Source of the DNA: Oscillatoriales cyanobacterium Centralia_MAG_596
Lineage (GTDB): Bacteria; Cyanobacteriota; Cyanobacteriia; Leptolyngbyales; Leptolyngbyaceae
Reading direction: 5' to 3'
Length of the DNA stretch: 64,000 bases
NCBI GenBank assembly: GCA_021323955.1
Contig: JAJPKC010000561.1
Location: 8,234-72,233 of the forward strand
Shown here in pieces: positions 37,261-45,976 of this stretch. The notes below the pieces were generated by a model, which did no database searches, was not told where the DNA came from, and was given only the letters and a program-made list of their open reading frames with translations. The position numbers and the translations under genes were made by a program. Each line of letters starts with the position of its first letter. Position 1 is the stretch's first letter.

Positions 37261-37884
37261 TTAGTTCAGAGTACGCTTGCTCGACTGTGCCGCACGTTTG
37301 GCAAAGCCCTTAAACTGCTCCACTACTTCCTCTGCCTGTTGATTTGCCTCTGCACATTCCTGCATGATTTGCCGAGCGACTTGCCGTAGGCGATCGATGA
37401 CTTCCTGACGATCAGACAGATGTTCCCGGTTGTACTGCCACCAACGGCGATCGGTCTCCACCAGAAAATCGATCGTGCCTGTTGAGACCAGCAAATCATT
37501 GACCCCTTTGTGAGTCGATGCGGGAAAGGTTTGGAGTAATTCTTCCCGGTACGCCTGGGCGCGATCGTGTGCTTCTTGGGGCGCAATCATCCCTGAAAGG
37601 CAATCAAACGCTTTCTGCATCACTGGGTCTACCCAGGTCAGCAGTACACCGCAAAATTTGTCGATTTCATCGTCTGGTGATGCCTCTACCCATTCCTGTG
37701 GTGGGCGATCACGAATGGCATCCAACACACTCTCATGGGAGTAGCGCACCAGCGCTGTCGTCACCAGCACCATGATGTTTTCGGGCACTTTGGGATATCG
37801 TCGCTTCAGCCCCTCGCAGTAAGTCTCTCCACTCTTGACCGAGTGCAGCCAGATCTGGTGCTGAACGTTAAACGGAATGCTCAT
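37261..37884 (-). CDS. hypothetical protein
   Basis: 207-aa helical ORF. Confidence 0.65.
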   Translation of the reverse strand: MSIPFNVQHQIWLHSVKSGETYCEGLKRRYPKVPENIMVLVTTALVRYSHESVLDAIRDRPPQEWVEASPDDEIDKFCGVLLTWVDPVMQKAFDCLSGMIAPQEAHDRAQAYREELLQTFPASTHKGVNDLLVSTGTIDFLVETDRRWWQYNREHLSDRQEVIDRLRQVARQIMQECAEANQQAEEVVEQFKGFAKRAAQSSKRTLN

Positions 37885-38012
37885 GGCACGTCTTTCTTAA
37901 AGCCCTTCAATGATGGCAGTTTTCGCTTGGGCTGACCCAGCTTCAATTTCTCCAGCCGTCGTGCTTCCTTGCTCCGCCGCGCCGATCGATTCCAGTCCCA
38001 GTTGCCAGACAT

Positions 38013-38858
38013 CTACGTTTTTGCCTTAAAGTCACTGCAGTTTTCCCCATTGCCGTAAGGATGCATACCACAAACCAGCTTGGTGCCGCGGTAGGTATGG
38101 CCGTGCAAGTATTGACATCCATTACAGAGTGCAGGCTGTTTGATAAGTGAGTGAGATTGCGCCTGATTGAATGCATTAAGCACGGCTCGCCCTTGACTGA
38201 ATTCTTCTAGCGCTTCAGCGCGATCGGGTAGCAGCCCAGCACGATCTAACCGTCGATAGTAGGAGTCAGGAGCTTCATGGTTGTACCGGAATGTAGAGAG
38301 CGATTGCCCCCCCTCAATCAGCAGTTCTTCGCGTGTCGCATTGCGCAGATATTGGGCAGTGGATACTGTGCACCTATACCTGACGGCTTCGCCTCGTTGA
38401 GCACTCATTTCAAATGATTCTGGCCGTAGCCGTAGGATCACGTTGAGCGCTAAGTCACCAGCATCTCTGTGATAGCGCCATTCCAAGATGTCGCCAAAAA
38501 TATCTCCTTCCTGGAGCCGTAAAAAAGTCCGGATGGGTGCTCGAAACTCAGCAGCCAAAACAGTGAATCGAATGATGATTGCGTCGTTGTTGAGTGTGAA
38601 ATCTAACAGTGGGAAGGCCAGCCAGTGGGGGCCAAGACGGACTTGGCATAGACCCGGATCGCCCAGGCAGAGTTCCCAGTGTTGTAAATGCAGGAATCTT
38701 GGTGCGGGGATGGATCTGCTTTGTATCGAAGGCTGAGTCCGATCAAAATCAGCCCCCATCCGCGGCTGTATCCTGTTCAGAATCATGCTCTCATAATCGT
38801 GTATGAGCTCTGACTGCCGGCGCAATTCCTCGCCCGATGGCTCTTGAAAATCAGGCAT
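38013..38858 (-). CDS. hypothetical protein with C-terminal Cys/His cluster
   Basis: CNGCQYLHG..VCGMHPYG..CSDF. Confidence 0.6.
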   Translation of the reverse strand: MPDFQEPSGEELRRQSELIHDYESMILNRIQPRMGADFDRTQPSIQSRSIPAPRFLHLQHWELCLGDPGLCQVRLGPHWLAFPLLDFTLNNDAIIIRFTVLAAEFRAPIRTFLRLQEGDIFGDILEWRYHRDAGDLALNVILRLRPESFEMSAQRGEAVRYRCTVSTAQYLRNATREELLIEGGQSLSTFRYNHEAPDSYYRRLDRAGLLPDRAEALEEFSQGRAVLNAFNQAQSHSLIKQPALCNGCQYLHGHTYRGTKLVCGMHPYGNGENCSDFKAKT

Positions 38859-39267
38859 ACTCCGCCCTCGATGTTTGAAACCATCCTACGATTTTAGTCC
38901 CAGCGCTCTCCTCCATCACTGCCCCAATTCCCTCCCTGCCGTAAGGTGGGTTAATCGGAACATTGAGGTAAAAGAAGCCTGGAGTGCCGCTCCAAGTGGC
39001 TACTGCCCAATTTTTGGGCAGAATGCTGAGTGGCAATTTCATCGGCTCCAGACAATAGCCTTCTAGATACAGTGCCGTCTCGTCAATTTCTGGAGCGCGC
39101 TGAATGGTATTGCCATAAGCGGGTACCTTGGCCTCAAGCATGGCGGTGACTCTGATGCTAGTAGTCTCCGCGATCGCATTGCCCACCTCATCAAAAGTAA
39201 TGTCGCCCGTCGGCACCTCAAAAGTGAGTGTGGTGTTGCGAACAAAATCAGGGAATGGGGTTGCCAT
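38851..39267 (-). CDS. head closure / stopper-like protein
   Basis: Size, beta-rich pattern and position. Confidence 0.55.
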   Translation of the reverse strand: MATPFPDFVRNTTLTFEVPTGDITFDEVGNAIAETTSIRVTAMLEAKVPAYGNTIQRAPEIDETALYLEGYCLEPMKLPLSILPKNWAVATWSGTPGFFYLNVPINPPYGREGIGAVMEESAGTKIVGWFQTSRAEYA

Positions 39268-39334
39268 ACAGAAAAGCCCTCTACTCAGAGGGCAGAATAT
39301 CGTTTGAATTTATTGCTCTAGCGTTCCCCGTTCC

Positions 39335-39610
39335 CTACTCAGGGTTGCGGATTTGTGCGATCGCCGCTTCAAACCATTGCAATTGCTCTGGCGATAGGTC
39401 TCGTTGCACAGTGCGGAATGCCCAACGGGCATCCAGGTCAGGGCTAGTAACAGCGATCTGGCGCAAGACCTGGCGCAACAGATCTACGTCTTGCTGGCGA
39501 ATGGCATTGCCCATCAGCAGTGCCAGTTCGCCCAATATTTGGTTAGCTTCGTCCGAGGGTACCATTGCCATAGGTTGAGGGAACTGGGAGTTCCAGATAA
39601 AGTGCTGCAC
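39335..39610 (-). CDS. hypothetical protein
   Basis: Short helical ORF; overlaps upstream gene, start uncertain. Confidence 0.45.
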   Translation of the reverse strand: MQHFIWNSQFPQPMAMVPSDEANQILGELALLMGNAIRQQDVDLLRQVLRQIAVTSPDLDARWAFRTVQRDLSPEQLQWFEAAIAQIRNPE

Positions 39611-39956
39611 AAAGTTCCTGCACCCAAAGCGCTTCGAGCTGGTCCATGCCGTCTGACTTGGCTCCTGGTTGCCACTCTAGTACATCTGCTTTAATCAGTG
39701 CACTACTGGCATCACCCAAGGTGGCCATCCGTTTCGCCCGGTTGTTGTCCAGGTTGTCCAGGATTTCCTGTACCGTAGCGATCGCGTCAGGGGCTTGCAG
39801 CTCCAGACGGCTCATTGATAAGCGGATGATATCCAGATAGGTCTTCTCCGCAGGCACTTTCAGTGCCCGACGAATGCGCTCCAGGTCGGTGGGGATAGAG
39901 GTGGTGTTCCAGGGCATGGATAAGGGTGGGGAGTGGGGAGTGGGGGAACAGTTCAA
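39543..39956 (-). CDS. head-tail adaptor protein
   Basis: LIKADVLEW motif; likely start ATG 39917 (MPWN). Confidence 0.65.
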   Translation of the reverse strand: MNCSPTPHSPPLSMPWNTTSIPTDLERIRRALKVPAEKTYLDIIRLSMSRLELQAPDAIATVQEILDNLDNNRAKRMATLGDASSALIKADVLEWQPGAKSDGMDQLEALWVQELCAALYLELPVPSTYGNGTLGRS

Positions 39957-39971
39957 AACTTAGAACATTTC

Positions 39972-40637
39972 TCACGCGGCTAGAGTTCCCCGGTTGAGGA
40001 TGGTTGGGTTGGGTCGGTTGCTGCGTCGGTAATAGATCTGACATTTGCAGTGCTGCCCACACGCGCAGTTAGTGCCTGGAGGGACAACCTGGCTCGTCGG
40101 TCGCCATTCGCCATTGGTGCTGTGCTCAACACACGATCCGCAATGCCGTGCCTGTGGATCGAGCGATCGCAGCGCTTCATCAAACCCTTCATCCTCCCGG
40201 CTGATTTGCTCTGCCCGGTGAAAGGTAGTGTTAATCGAATCGGCGTAGCTGCCCGCACGTCTTAATGCCTGCTCTCGGGTTAACTTACCTTCGTACAGCG
40301 CCCGTGCAAAGCCGTCCACGTATTGATATTGGCGTCGTAGTTGATATCCGATTGCACCGAAATGCTGTGATTGAGCACGAGCCTGACCACCCGCGCCCAA
40401 AATGCCTATTCGCAAATGGCTATCCCGTAGGCTTTCGCTCATCCGTAGCTGCCATTCTGTCAGCGTGATCTGCTGGTTTGTCATCAAACGAGTATGAGCT
40501 TGCAAACGTACCTTGAGCTGCTGTTGTTCTTGATCTACCAGGTTGCGGATCACTTCTTTGCCCACGAATTTGCCATCGCTGCGGACATACCGACCAGCAC
40601 GGGGATTGTAAGAAATTTCTTCGGTGCTAAACGGCAT
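39972..40637 (-). CDS. minor head morphogenesis protein (MuF / SPP1 gp7-like)
   Basis: RHCGSC..VPPGTNCACGQHCKCQIYY terminal Cys cluster; near portal. Confidence 0.7.
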   Translation of the reverse strand: MPFSTEEISYNPRAGRYVRSDGKFVGKEVIRNLVDQEQQQLKVRLQAHTRLMTNQQITLTEWQLRMSESLRDSHLRIGILGAGGQARAQSQHFGAIGYQLRRQYQYVDGFARALYEGKLTREQALRRAGSYADSINTTFHRAEQISREDEGFDEALRSLDPQARHCGSCVEHSTNGEWRPTSQVVPPGTNCACGQHCKCQIYYRRSNRPNPTILNRGTLAA

Positions 40638-40640
40638 GGT

Positions 40641-41033
40641 TCACTCGCATGGGGGTGGACTTTGGCCTAAACCGCCAGCCTCAATCGCCGGTTTATCGGT
40701 TGGCTGTGCGAAGACGCAACCTCGGAACCCTGGCACCAGCCAGCCTTTGGGATGCGCCTCCGTATCACCAGCGGTTACGCTGCCCGTGACCGCATAAACA
40801 TAATTGGGGCTTTCTAGCGCAATGCCTGCTTGTAGATCGTTAGCATTCGTGGCAAAGGCGTTGTGCTGCAAAAAGTAAAGTAGCTGGGCCTGGTTTGCTG
40901 CTCTGAGAGTGGTATATGCCTCAGCAGTTTTAGCTTTGTTTGCCTGAGTGAGCCACAGTGGGAGCGCGATCGCCGACAGCAACCCAATGATGATGACAAC
41001 GACAAGCAATTCAATCAGCGAAAAGCCTTTCAT
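40641..41033 (-). CDS. type IV pilin (Pilin_GH-like) with prepilin peptidase site
   Basis: MKG|FSLIELLVVVIIIGLLSAIALP..QANKAK..EA..NQAQ..YF..F..SPNYVY matches cyanobacterial PilA-like pilins. Confidence 0.9.
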   Translation of the reverse strand: MKGFSLIELLVVVIIIGLLSAIALPLWLTQANKAKTAEAYTTLRAANQAQLLYFLQHNAFATNANDLQAGIALESPNYVYAVTGSVTAGDTEAHPKGWLVPGFRGCVFAQPTDKPAIEAGGLGQSPPPCE

Positions 41034-41056
41034 GGAGCAGTAGTAGCAACTGCCTC

Positions 41057-41067
41057 AGCATTCCTAC
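41057..41067 (-). promoter_or_regulatory. J-box-like promoter of the pilin gene
   Basis: GTAGGAATGCT right after a terminator, 23 nt upstream of ATG. Confidence 0.55.
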
Positions 41068-41095
41068 AAAAAACCCACCGGGCTGCGCGGTGGGT
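41068..41095 (-). terminator. intrinsic terminator upstream of the pilin gene
   Basis: ACCCACCG-N7-CGGTGGGT then TTTTT on the minus strand. Confidence 0.8.
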
Positions 41096-41138
41096 AAGGT
41101 AAACCCATACAGGAGGCAATATGCTGATTGCAGCCGAC

Positions 41139-41312
41139 CTAGCGTTCCCTCACCTTTGCCTTGAGATAACGGCGTAAGCGTGGGTTCGCGGTGGTGATTG
41201 CCCGGTCCAGATCAGCCTGAGTGAAGTTAGAGAGCTTCATCAACGTTTCAAGCGCGATTGGCTGTCCTAATGGTTTGACTATTTGCTGACCCGGTTCTGT
41301 GGGTGCGCTCAT
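41139..41312 (-). CDS. 57-aa hypothetical protein (below the ORF-track cutoff)
   Basis: MSAPTEPGQQ..RRYLKAKVRER*; ATGA-coupled to 41309-41488. Confidence 0.5.
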   Translation of the reverse strand: MSAPTEPGQQIVKPLGQPIALETLMKLSNFTQADLDRAITTANPRLRRYLKAKVRER

Positions 41313-41488
41313 TTCTTACCGAAAATTGTTTTGAAGGCAGAGAGGATGGTAGAGAGCAGCGAAAATCCAGCCGCTACTTTGCTGGTTGTAGCAGCAGCTT
41401 TAGCGCCGACTACACCGCTTTCCGCCACTCCTTCCGTCGCTTGTGAGGCCAGTTCAGCAGCGCTTGCTGCTTTGTCTAAGTTGTCCAT
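41309..41488 (-). CDS. 59-aa Ala-rich peptide with amphipathic C-terminal helix
   Basis: MDNLDKAASAAELASQ..GFSLLSTILSAFKTIFGKK*. Confidence 0.55.
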   Translation of the reverse strand: MDNLDKAASAAELASQATEGVAESGVVGAKAAATTSKVAAGFSLLSTILSAFKTIFGKK

Positions 41489-41535
41489 CGATTTTAGTTC
41501 CTAACGAATTGGCTGTACAGTCCGCTGTGGTATTC

Positions 41536-43038
41536 CTACGCGGCAACGGGCAACGTTTGAACGGCATGTCGTGCTGCTTCGGCTGCGATCGCGTCGGGTG
41601 TAGGCAACACGGTCTGGTTCTGGGCCTCAAGATCACCAATTTGCCGTAACTCTTCCTTGATATCCGTGTCTGGTGGCAGCCATTTCCGCTCTTGCAGCAT
41701 TTGTAACCCGAGCTGGTTGCTAATCTTGACCCCCATCGCATCCAAAATGGTCTGTACTTCCTGGGGACTCGCAGGCGTTTGCAGAATAGACTCGTTGACA
41801 GTGATCGTGCCGCCCTGGTCTTCTCCGGTGTACTGCACCCAGAGCGCAAAAAGTCGCTGCACAGTGGATTCCTTCCGACGTGCCATGTTTTTCAGGCTGC
41901 ACTGGGTTTGGGCAGTGTCCATCACCACTTCCGTTGCCGTTTTTGCCGCTTCCCCGCCAGTCAAGAAGGCTAGGGACATCCGATCCATGGAGCGTTCCAG
42001 CTTTTCAATATCGGTTTGGGTGGCATTAATGGCATTGCCCGTTGGCTCCGCAAAGAAAAAGTCCCCGTCTGCGGGGATGTCTACAACAGAGTTGGGACCG
42101 ATGATCAGCTTGACCACGCCTTTCAGCAGATCAGCGAGGTTTTTGATCAATCCTTTACGCACGGGCACAGGTAGATTGCATTTATGAATCACCTCATTGA
42201 GGCTCGATCGTTTCTGATAATGCTCAATATTCAACTGAGCCAGATTGAGAAACGGAGGCTGACTTTCAAACCATTTGCTATCGCTAACCGAGTACCAGAC
42301 AAACGGCACAACTTCTAAACCTGTTGCGCCGGATAGCTCCGGTACTAAAACCTTCTGATATTTGCCGCCCTGGATCTGTACCAGTTCATAAACATCAAAT
42401 CTGCCAGGGGTTAGCACCCGATAGTAAGTTTTGGTTTCGACGCCATAATCATCTACTGCTACCAGGCGGCTTTCCTGAATTGTTAAGCGTTGAATGATCG
42501 GCTTACCTTGCTCATAGATAATGCTCCAGTTAAGGATGTTGCGTCGATCGACGGCAACGAGGTACGGTCGTAGCGCATAGTTTTGCTCGTCAGCCGCACT
42601 TTGGATCAGTGGGTTGCCATTTTCATCGGTGGGTTGTGGCGGATGCTCCACCAGAATGCCCATCCCGCCGTCCCGCAGTACTGTCTCATCCTGGTCTGTC
42701 AGAAATGATTCAATGCTGCTGCCTTGCAGGTCGATGTCGTCGCGTGCAGCGGCGATCGACGGTGCCACATCGTCAGATAGAACAAACTCAGATAACAGTC
42801 CGGCGTGACCCTTCAGCGCTGGCTTAAAGCGCGAGTCGAACTGTGTCCGGGCAAGACGGTTTTTGTACGCAAGCGGTGGTTCTTCCTCTTCTTTAGAGAG
42901 GTAATCGCCTTTGCAGCCCTTTAGCTCCTGCCACACATCCCAAACGATTTGCAGTTCGTTTGCCGCGTCGAGATACGTGGGGTGCAGGAAAGAAGGCAGC
43001 GATGGATCTTTGGTGAGTGCGGGGGAAGAGGGATTCAT
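41536..43038 (-). CDS. portal protein (DUF4055-type)
   Basis: YLSKEEEEPPLAYKNRLART..RRNILNW..PPFLNLAQLNIEHYQKRS..AKTATE. Confidence 0.9.
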   Translation of the reverse strand: MNPSSPALTKDPSLPSFLHPTYLDAANELQIVWDVWQELKGCKGDYLSKEEEEPPLAYKNRLARTQFDSRFKPALKGHAGLLSEFVLSDDVAPSIAAARDDIDLQGSSIESFLTDQDETVLRDGGMGILVEHPPQPTDENGNPLIQSAADEQNYALRPYLVAVDRRNILNWSIIYEQGKPIIQRLTIQESRLVAVDDYGVETKTYYRVLTPGRFDVYELVQIQGGKYQKVLVPELSGATGLEVVPFVWYSVSDSKWFESQPPFLNLAQLNIEHYQKRSSLNEVIHKCNLPVPVRKGLIKNLADLLKGVVKLIIGPNSVVDIPADGDFFFAEPTGNAINATQTDIEKLERSMDRMSLAFLTGGEAAKTATEVVMDTAQTQCSLKNMARRKESTVQRLFALWVQYTGEDQGGTITVNESILQTPASPQEVQTILDAMGVKISNQLGLQMLQERKWLPPDTDIKEELRQIGDLEAQNQTVLPTPDAIAAEAARHAVQTLPVAA

Positions 43039-43054
43039 GCCCTGGGGTTCCCAC
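43038..43054 (-). promoter_or_regulatory. putative late promoter abutting the portal ATG
   Basis: GTGGGAACCCCAGGGC-ATG. Confidence 0.7.
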
Positions 43055-43115
43055 TGGAAGCGATCGCTGAAAGCAGCTAAACTTAATCTAATTTCGTGGT
43101 TACTACTTACTAGGC

Positions 43116-43427
43116 TTGTCCATGAATCAGCCTGAGAATCAGCCTGACCTAAAGCGAATAGCTTGCAATTATGCGATCGCTACAAGTGCCTCTGCTAAAG
43201 GTAGTTTGGCGTATGTATTAAACCCAAACGCAGGAAACGGCTTTGAGCGCATGAAATTGTTGAGCCGATCGCGTGGTCATCGGTGGATTGAAATATGGGA
43301 GCCACTTGCCAGGCTAGAAAACTTTAGAGCAAAGACCATCTCGCCTGAAGATTCGCTTTATGTCAAATTGCTGCTGGCTTTTGATGATAGGCACTTAGAA
43401 GCGATTCAAGAAGTTGTTTGCAAGTGA
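43116..43427 (+). CDS. hypothetical protein
   Basis: 103-aa ORF. Confidence 0.55.
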   Translation: MSMNQPENQPDLKRIACNYAIATSASAKGSLAYVLNPNAGNGFERMKLLSRSRGHRWIEIWEPLARLENFRAKTISPEDSLYVKLLLAFDDRHLEAIQEVVCK

Positions 43428-43465
43428 TCCGCCACCTGCGCCGTGATCGCGGTTATTTGCGATCG

Positions 43466-43753
43466 CTACTCTAGTTCTGGAGTGCTGTCGTCGTCTTCTT
43501 CACCGTCAATGGGGTTCTCTTTCAACCATTTCGGATTCCGTATTAGTAGATCAAACAGTTCGTCAGGTTCCATGCCGCGTCGCTTGGCTGAATGTTCGAG
43601 TAACTCCTGAATGGATTGTTTGCGATCGCGAATTCTAAAGGCCAGAACCATAGTGGCTTGATCGCTTTTGGATCTGCCCGTAAGTGCTGCCCAAGCCGTT
43701 AGCCACTCGTCATCGTGTTCGCCTAGTGGACCGACTTGAAAACGTTTGGGCAT
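43466..43753 (-). CDS. RHH/CopG-like regulator
   Basis: RFQVGPL..DEWLTAWAALTGRSKSDQATMVL. Confidence 0.55.
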   Translation of the reverse strand: MPKRFQVGPLGEHDDEWLTAWAALTGRSKSDQATMVLAFRIRDRKQSIQELLEHSAKRRGMEPDELFDLLIRNPKWLKENPIDGEEDDDSTPELE

Positions 43754-43931
43754 AACTTTAACTATAAAGATATTGCATTATTGTACCGAACTTGTACCAG
43801 ATCGTTCGCTTTTACGAACAAGAGATTGTACTATGGCAATGTGCATCATGCGCGCAAGTTTGGGATAGCAGAGAGGATAGTTTGGTCGCTCCCTCCCTGC
43901 CAGTGCCCAGACTCCAGAGCAGTTAACCCTA

Positions 43932-44246
43932 GTGGAGTCCAAAACAATGTTATTACGCTTTTTCTCCTCCGTTCTGGGGGTGGCAGGCGCGATCGCTGTT
44001 TGTGCGATCGCGATTGCACCCATTGAAACTGTCGCCGCGCCAGCTTCAAGACCAGCTTCAAGATCGGCAAAGGTTTACAGTGCTGATATTGGCTGGAGTA
44101 AAGAGGTTGTAAAAAAGACGAACGGCGACCCTGATCGCAAGTCGAAAGACGGGCGAACCTGGTACTACGGAACAGGAAACAGGGTGTTCGTAGTTCATTT
44201 CAACGCTCAATGGAAGGTCGATCAGTTTCCGGGGGCGAAGGGATGA
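43932..44246 (+). CDS. secreted small protein
   Basis: N-terminal signal-peptide-like segment. Confidence 0.55.
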   Translation: MESKTMLLRFFSSVLGVAGAIAVCAIAIAPIETVAAPASRPASRSAKVYSADIGWSKEVVKKTNGDPDRKSKDGRTWYYGTGNRVFVVHFNAQWKVDQFPGAKG

Positions 44247-44542
44247 AATTTCTTCGCTTTCACTTGCTGCTTCTTTGTTCGATTGGATCAATTGCTGGCA
44301 TACAAATTGCCAGCGTTTTACTGGTTCAGCAAACCGCTTACGGCTACACATACCACTGGGGCGACTTGAACCGTGGGGCCGATTGGCTGGGGCAGCGAAT
44401 CAAGCGCTATCGCCCAGGCGATCTCAACTCATGGGCCGACACAATCGGCTTAAAGTTGCATAGTCGCTATTTGAATCGACATCGCCGTCCTGCCGTTTCA
44501 GTGCGATACCCAGACGCTTATAGGGACTGGGGTTCAAACTGA
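44243..44542 (+). CDS. secreted small protein
   Basis: MKFLRFHLLLLCSIG..AYG signal-like; ATGA-coupled. Confidence 0.55.
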   Translation: MKFLRFHLLLLCSIGSIAGIQIASVLLVQQTAYGYTYHWGDLNRGADWLGQRIKRYRPGDLNSWADTIGLKLHSRYLNRHRRPAVSVRYPDAYRDWGSN

Positions 44543-44614
44543 TCATTGTTGCAGGTCAGGGTGCTACTCTGGCCTGCATTCAGAATGCATTGAAATTAAA
44601 ACGGAGAAACCAAG

Positions 44615-45343
44615 ATGCGAACTACCCAAGCTTTAGCCGTTGCAATCGTATTGATGTCTCTACCAGGCTGTATGAGATCGGGTGAATTTGCGGTGCCTGC
44701 TCCTGCTGTTGGTGATATTGCCGAAGGGATTAGCAAGGCTTGGCAAGGGCAGGATCAAGCGCCTGCCACTGTTCCAGCTCAACCAGCACCGGCACCAGCT
44801 CAGCCGAATGTCCCCGCAACCGGGACAGCGATCGCGCTGTCTGAGATGCAAGCAAAACGGCACTCCAGAGCCAGCGCCGAGGATTTTCAAGAAATCGACG
44901 GGGTGAAAGAGGCTCACCCTGCTCGAAATGCGGGGGAGTGCGAAAGGCTAAGACTCTGGTTTTTTCAGCACAATCTTCGGTTGACACTGCGGATCAAGTC
45001 CAATCCAATGCCGGGAAACCGGCGACAAGTGCTCTGTGTCTTTCTTGGCAAAGACGCAAGGGCGAACCGCTTTGCCTACAACGATATGTATCGTGAAATT
45101 GGGATTCCGTACCCGGAGAGTGCCGCTGAGTACCCTGAAAATCCTTATGTTGATCGAACACACCCGTTTGAAAATCCCCCCAATGGGATTCCCAAATACA
45201 TTGAAGATCCGAATTGGCATGATACGCAGCGACTCCAGCCACAGCCCCCGCCGATTCCCGACGATACCGCTCCATTTACCGATGAAGATGCTGCGCGGTT
45301 GAGGGATCTTGACGAATACAATCGCAGACATCCAAAGCAGTAG
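44615..45343 (+). CDS. lipoprotein
   Basis: Signal peptide with lipobox LPGC; Pro-rich linker. Confidence 0.75.
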   Translation: MRTTQALAVAIVLMSLPGCMRSGEFAVPAPAVGDIAEGISKAWQGQDQAPATVPAQPAPAPAQPNVPATGTAIALSEMQAKRHSRASAEDFQEIDGVKEAHPARNAGECERLRLWFFQHNLRLTLRIKSNPMPGNRRQVLCVFLGKDARANRFAYNDMYREIGIPYPESAAEYPENPYVDRTHPFENPPNGIPKYIEDPNWHDTQRLQPQPPPIPDDTAPFTDEDAARLRDLDEYNRRHPKQ

Positions 45344-45375
45344 CTTATACTTTAGGGATACTTGAGAATCCAGCC

Positions 45376-45873
45376 ATGCAGCAACATTTGACGTTATTTG
45401 AACTTGCTGATCCCAACGCGGATAACGTAGACGCAATCATGAATGATGCCTGGTTCGTGGCGTCTCCACCTCAGATTGGTCAGATCGTTGAGTATGATGG
45501 CATCAAATGTAAGGTGCTGCAAACTTATAGCTATAAGGCTGCATCGTCTGAATTCAGTCTCACGCTTGCGATCATTCACCCCCCAGAACTAGAAGCGCCT
45601 GAGAAGCAGGATTGGTGGTGTAATTCGAGCGCTCGCGTTCAAGCGGAAGTAGGAGCAATGTCCTACGAGACGCGGCATATTTTCGTCAGCGAGAAAACAC
45701 AGACAATTTTTGACCTTGCCAGTGTCTACAGTTGGGATGATGACCTGGAGCCAACTGAGGCGAGTAGCGGATGGCAGATTAAGCAGTGCTACAAATTTGA
45801 GTGCGAAGACAGCCCGATAGCAGTGCTGTACGTAGCACACTGCATTAAGCAACGCGTGTTAGTCGCGGCTTGA
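45376..45873 (+). CDS. hypothetical protein
   Basis: 165-aa ORF preceded by AGGGATACT. Confidence 0.6.
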   Translation: MQQHLTLFELADPNADNVDAIMNDAWFVASPPQIGQIVEYDGIKCKVLQTYSYKAASSEFSLTLAIIHPPELEAPEKQDWWCNSSARVQAEVGAMSYETRHIFVSEKTQTIFDLASVYSWDDDLEPTEASSGWQIKQCYKFECEDSPIAVLYVAHCIKQRVLVAA

Positions 45874-45903
45874 GCCTCGACATTCGGCATTATTCACAAA
45901 ACA

Positions 45904-45931
45904 AAAGCCCCCGAATCACTCAGGGGGCTTT
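45904..45931. terminator. bidirectional terminator between convergent genes
   Basis: AAAGCCCCC-N10-GGGGGCTTT. Confidence 0.8.
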
Positions 45932-45976
45932 GTTTTAGACTTTTGGCTTTTGGCATCTATACACCGCGATCGCCTT

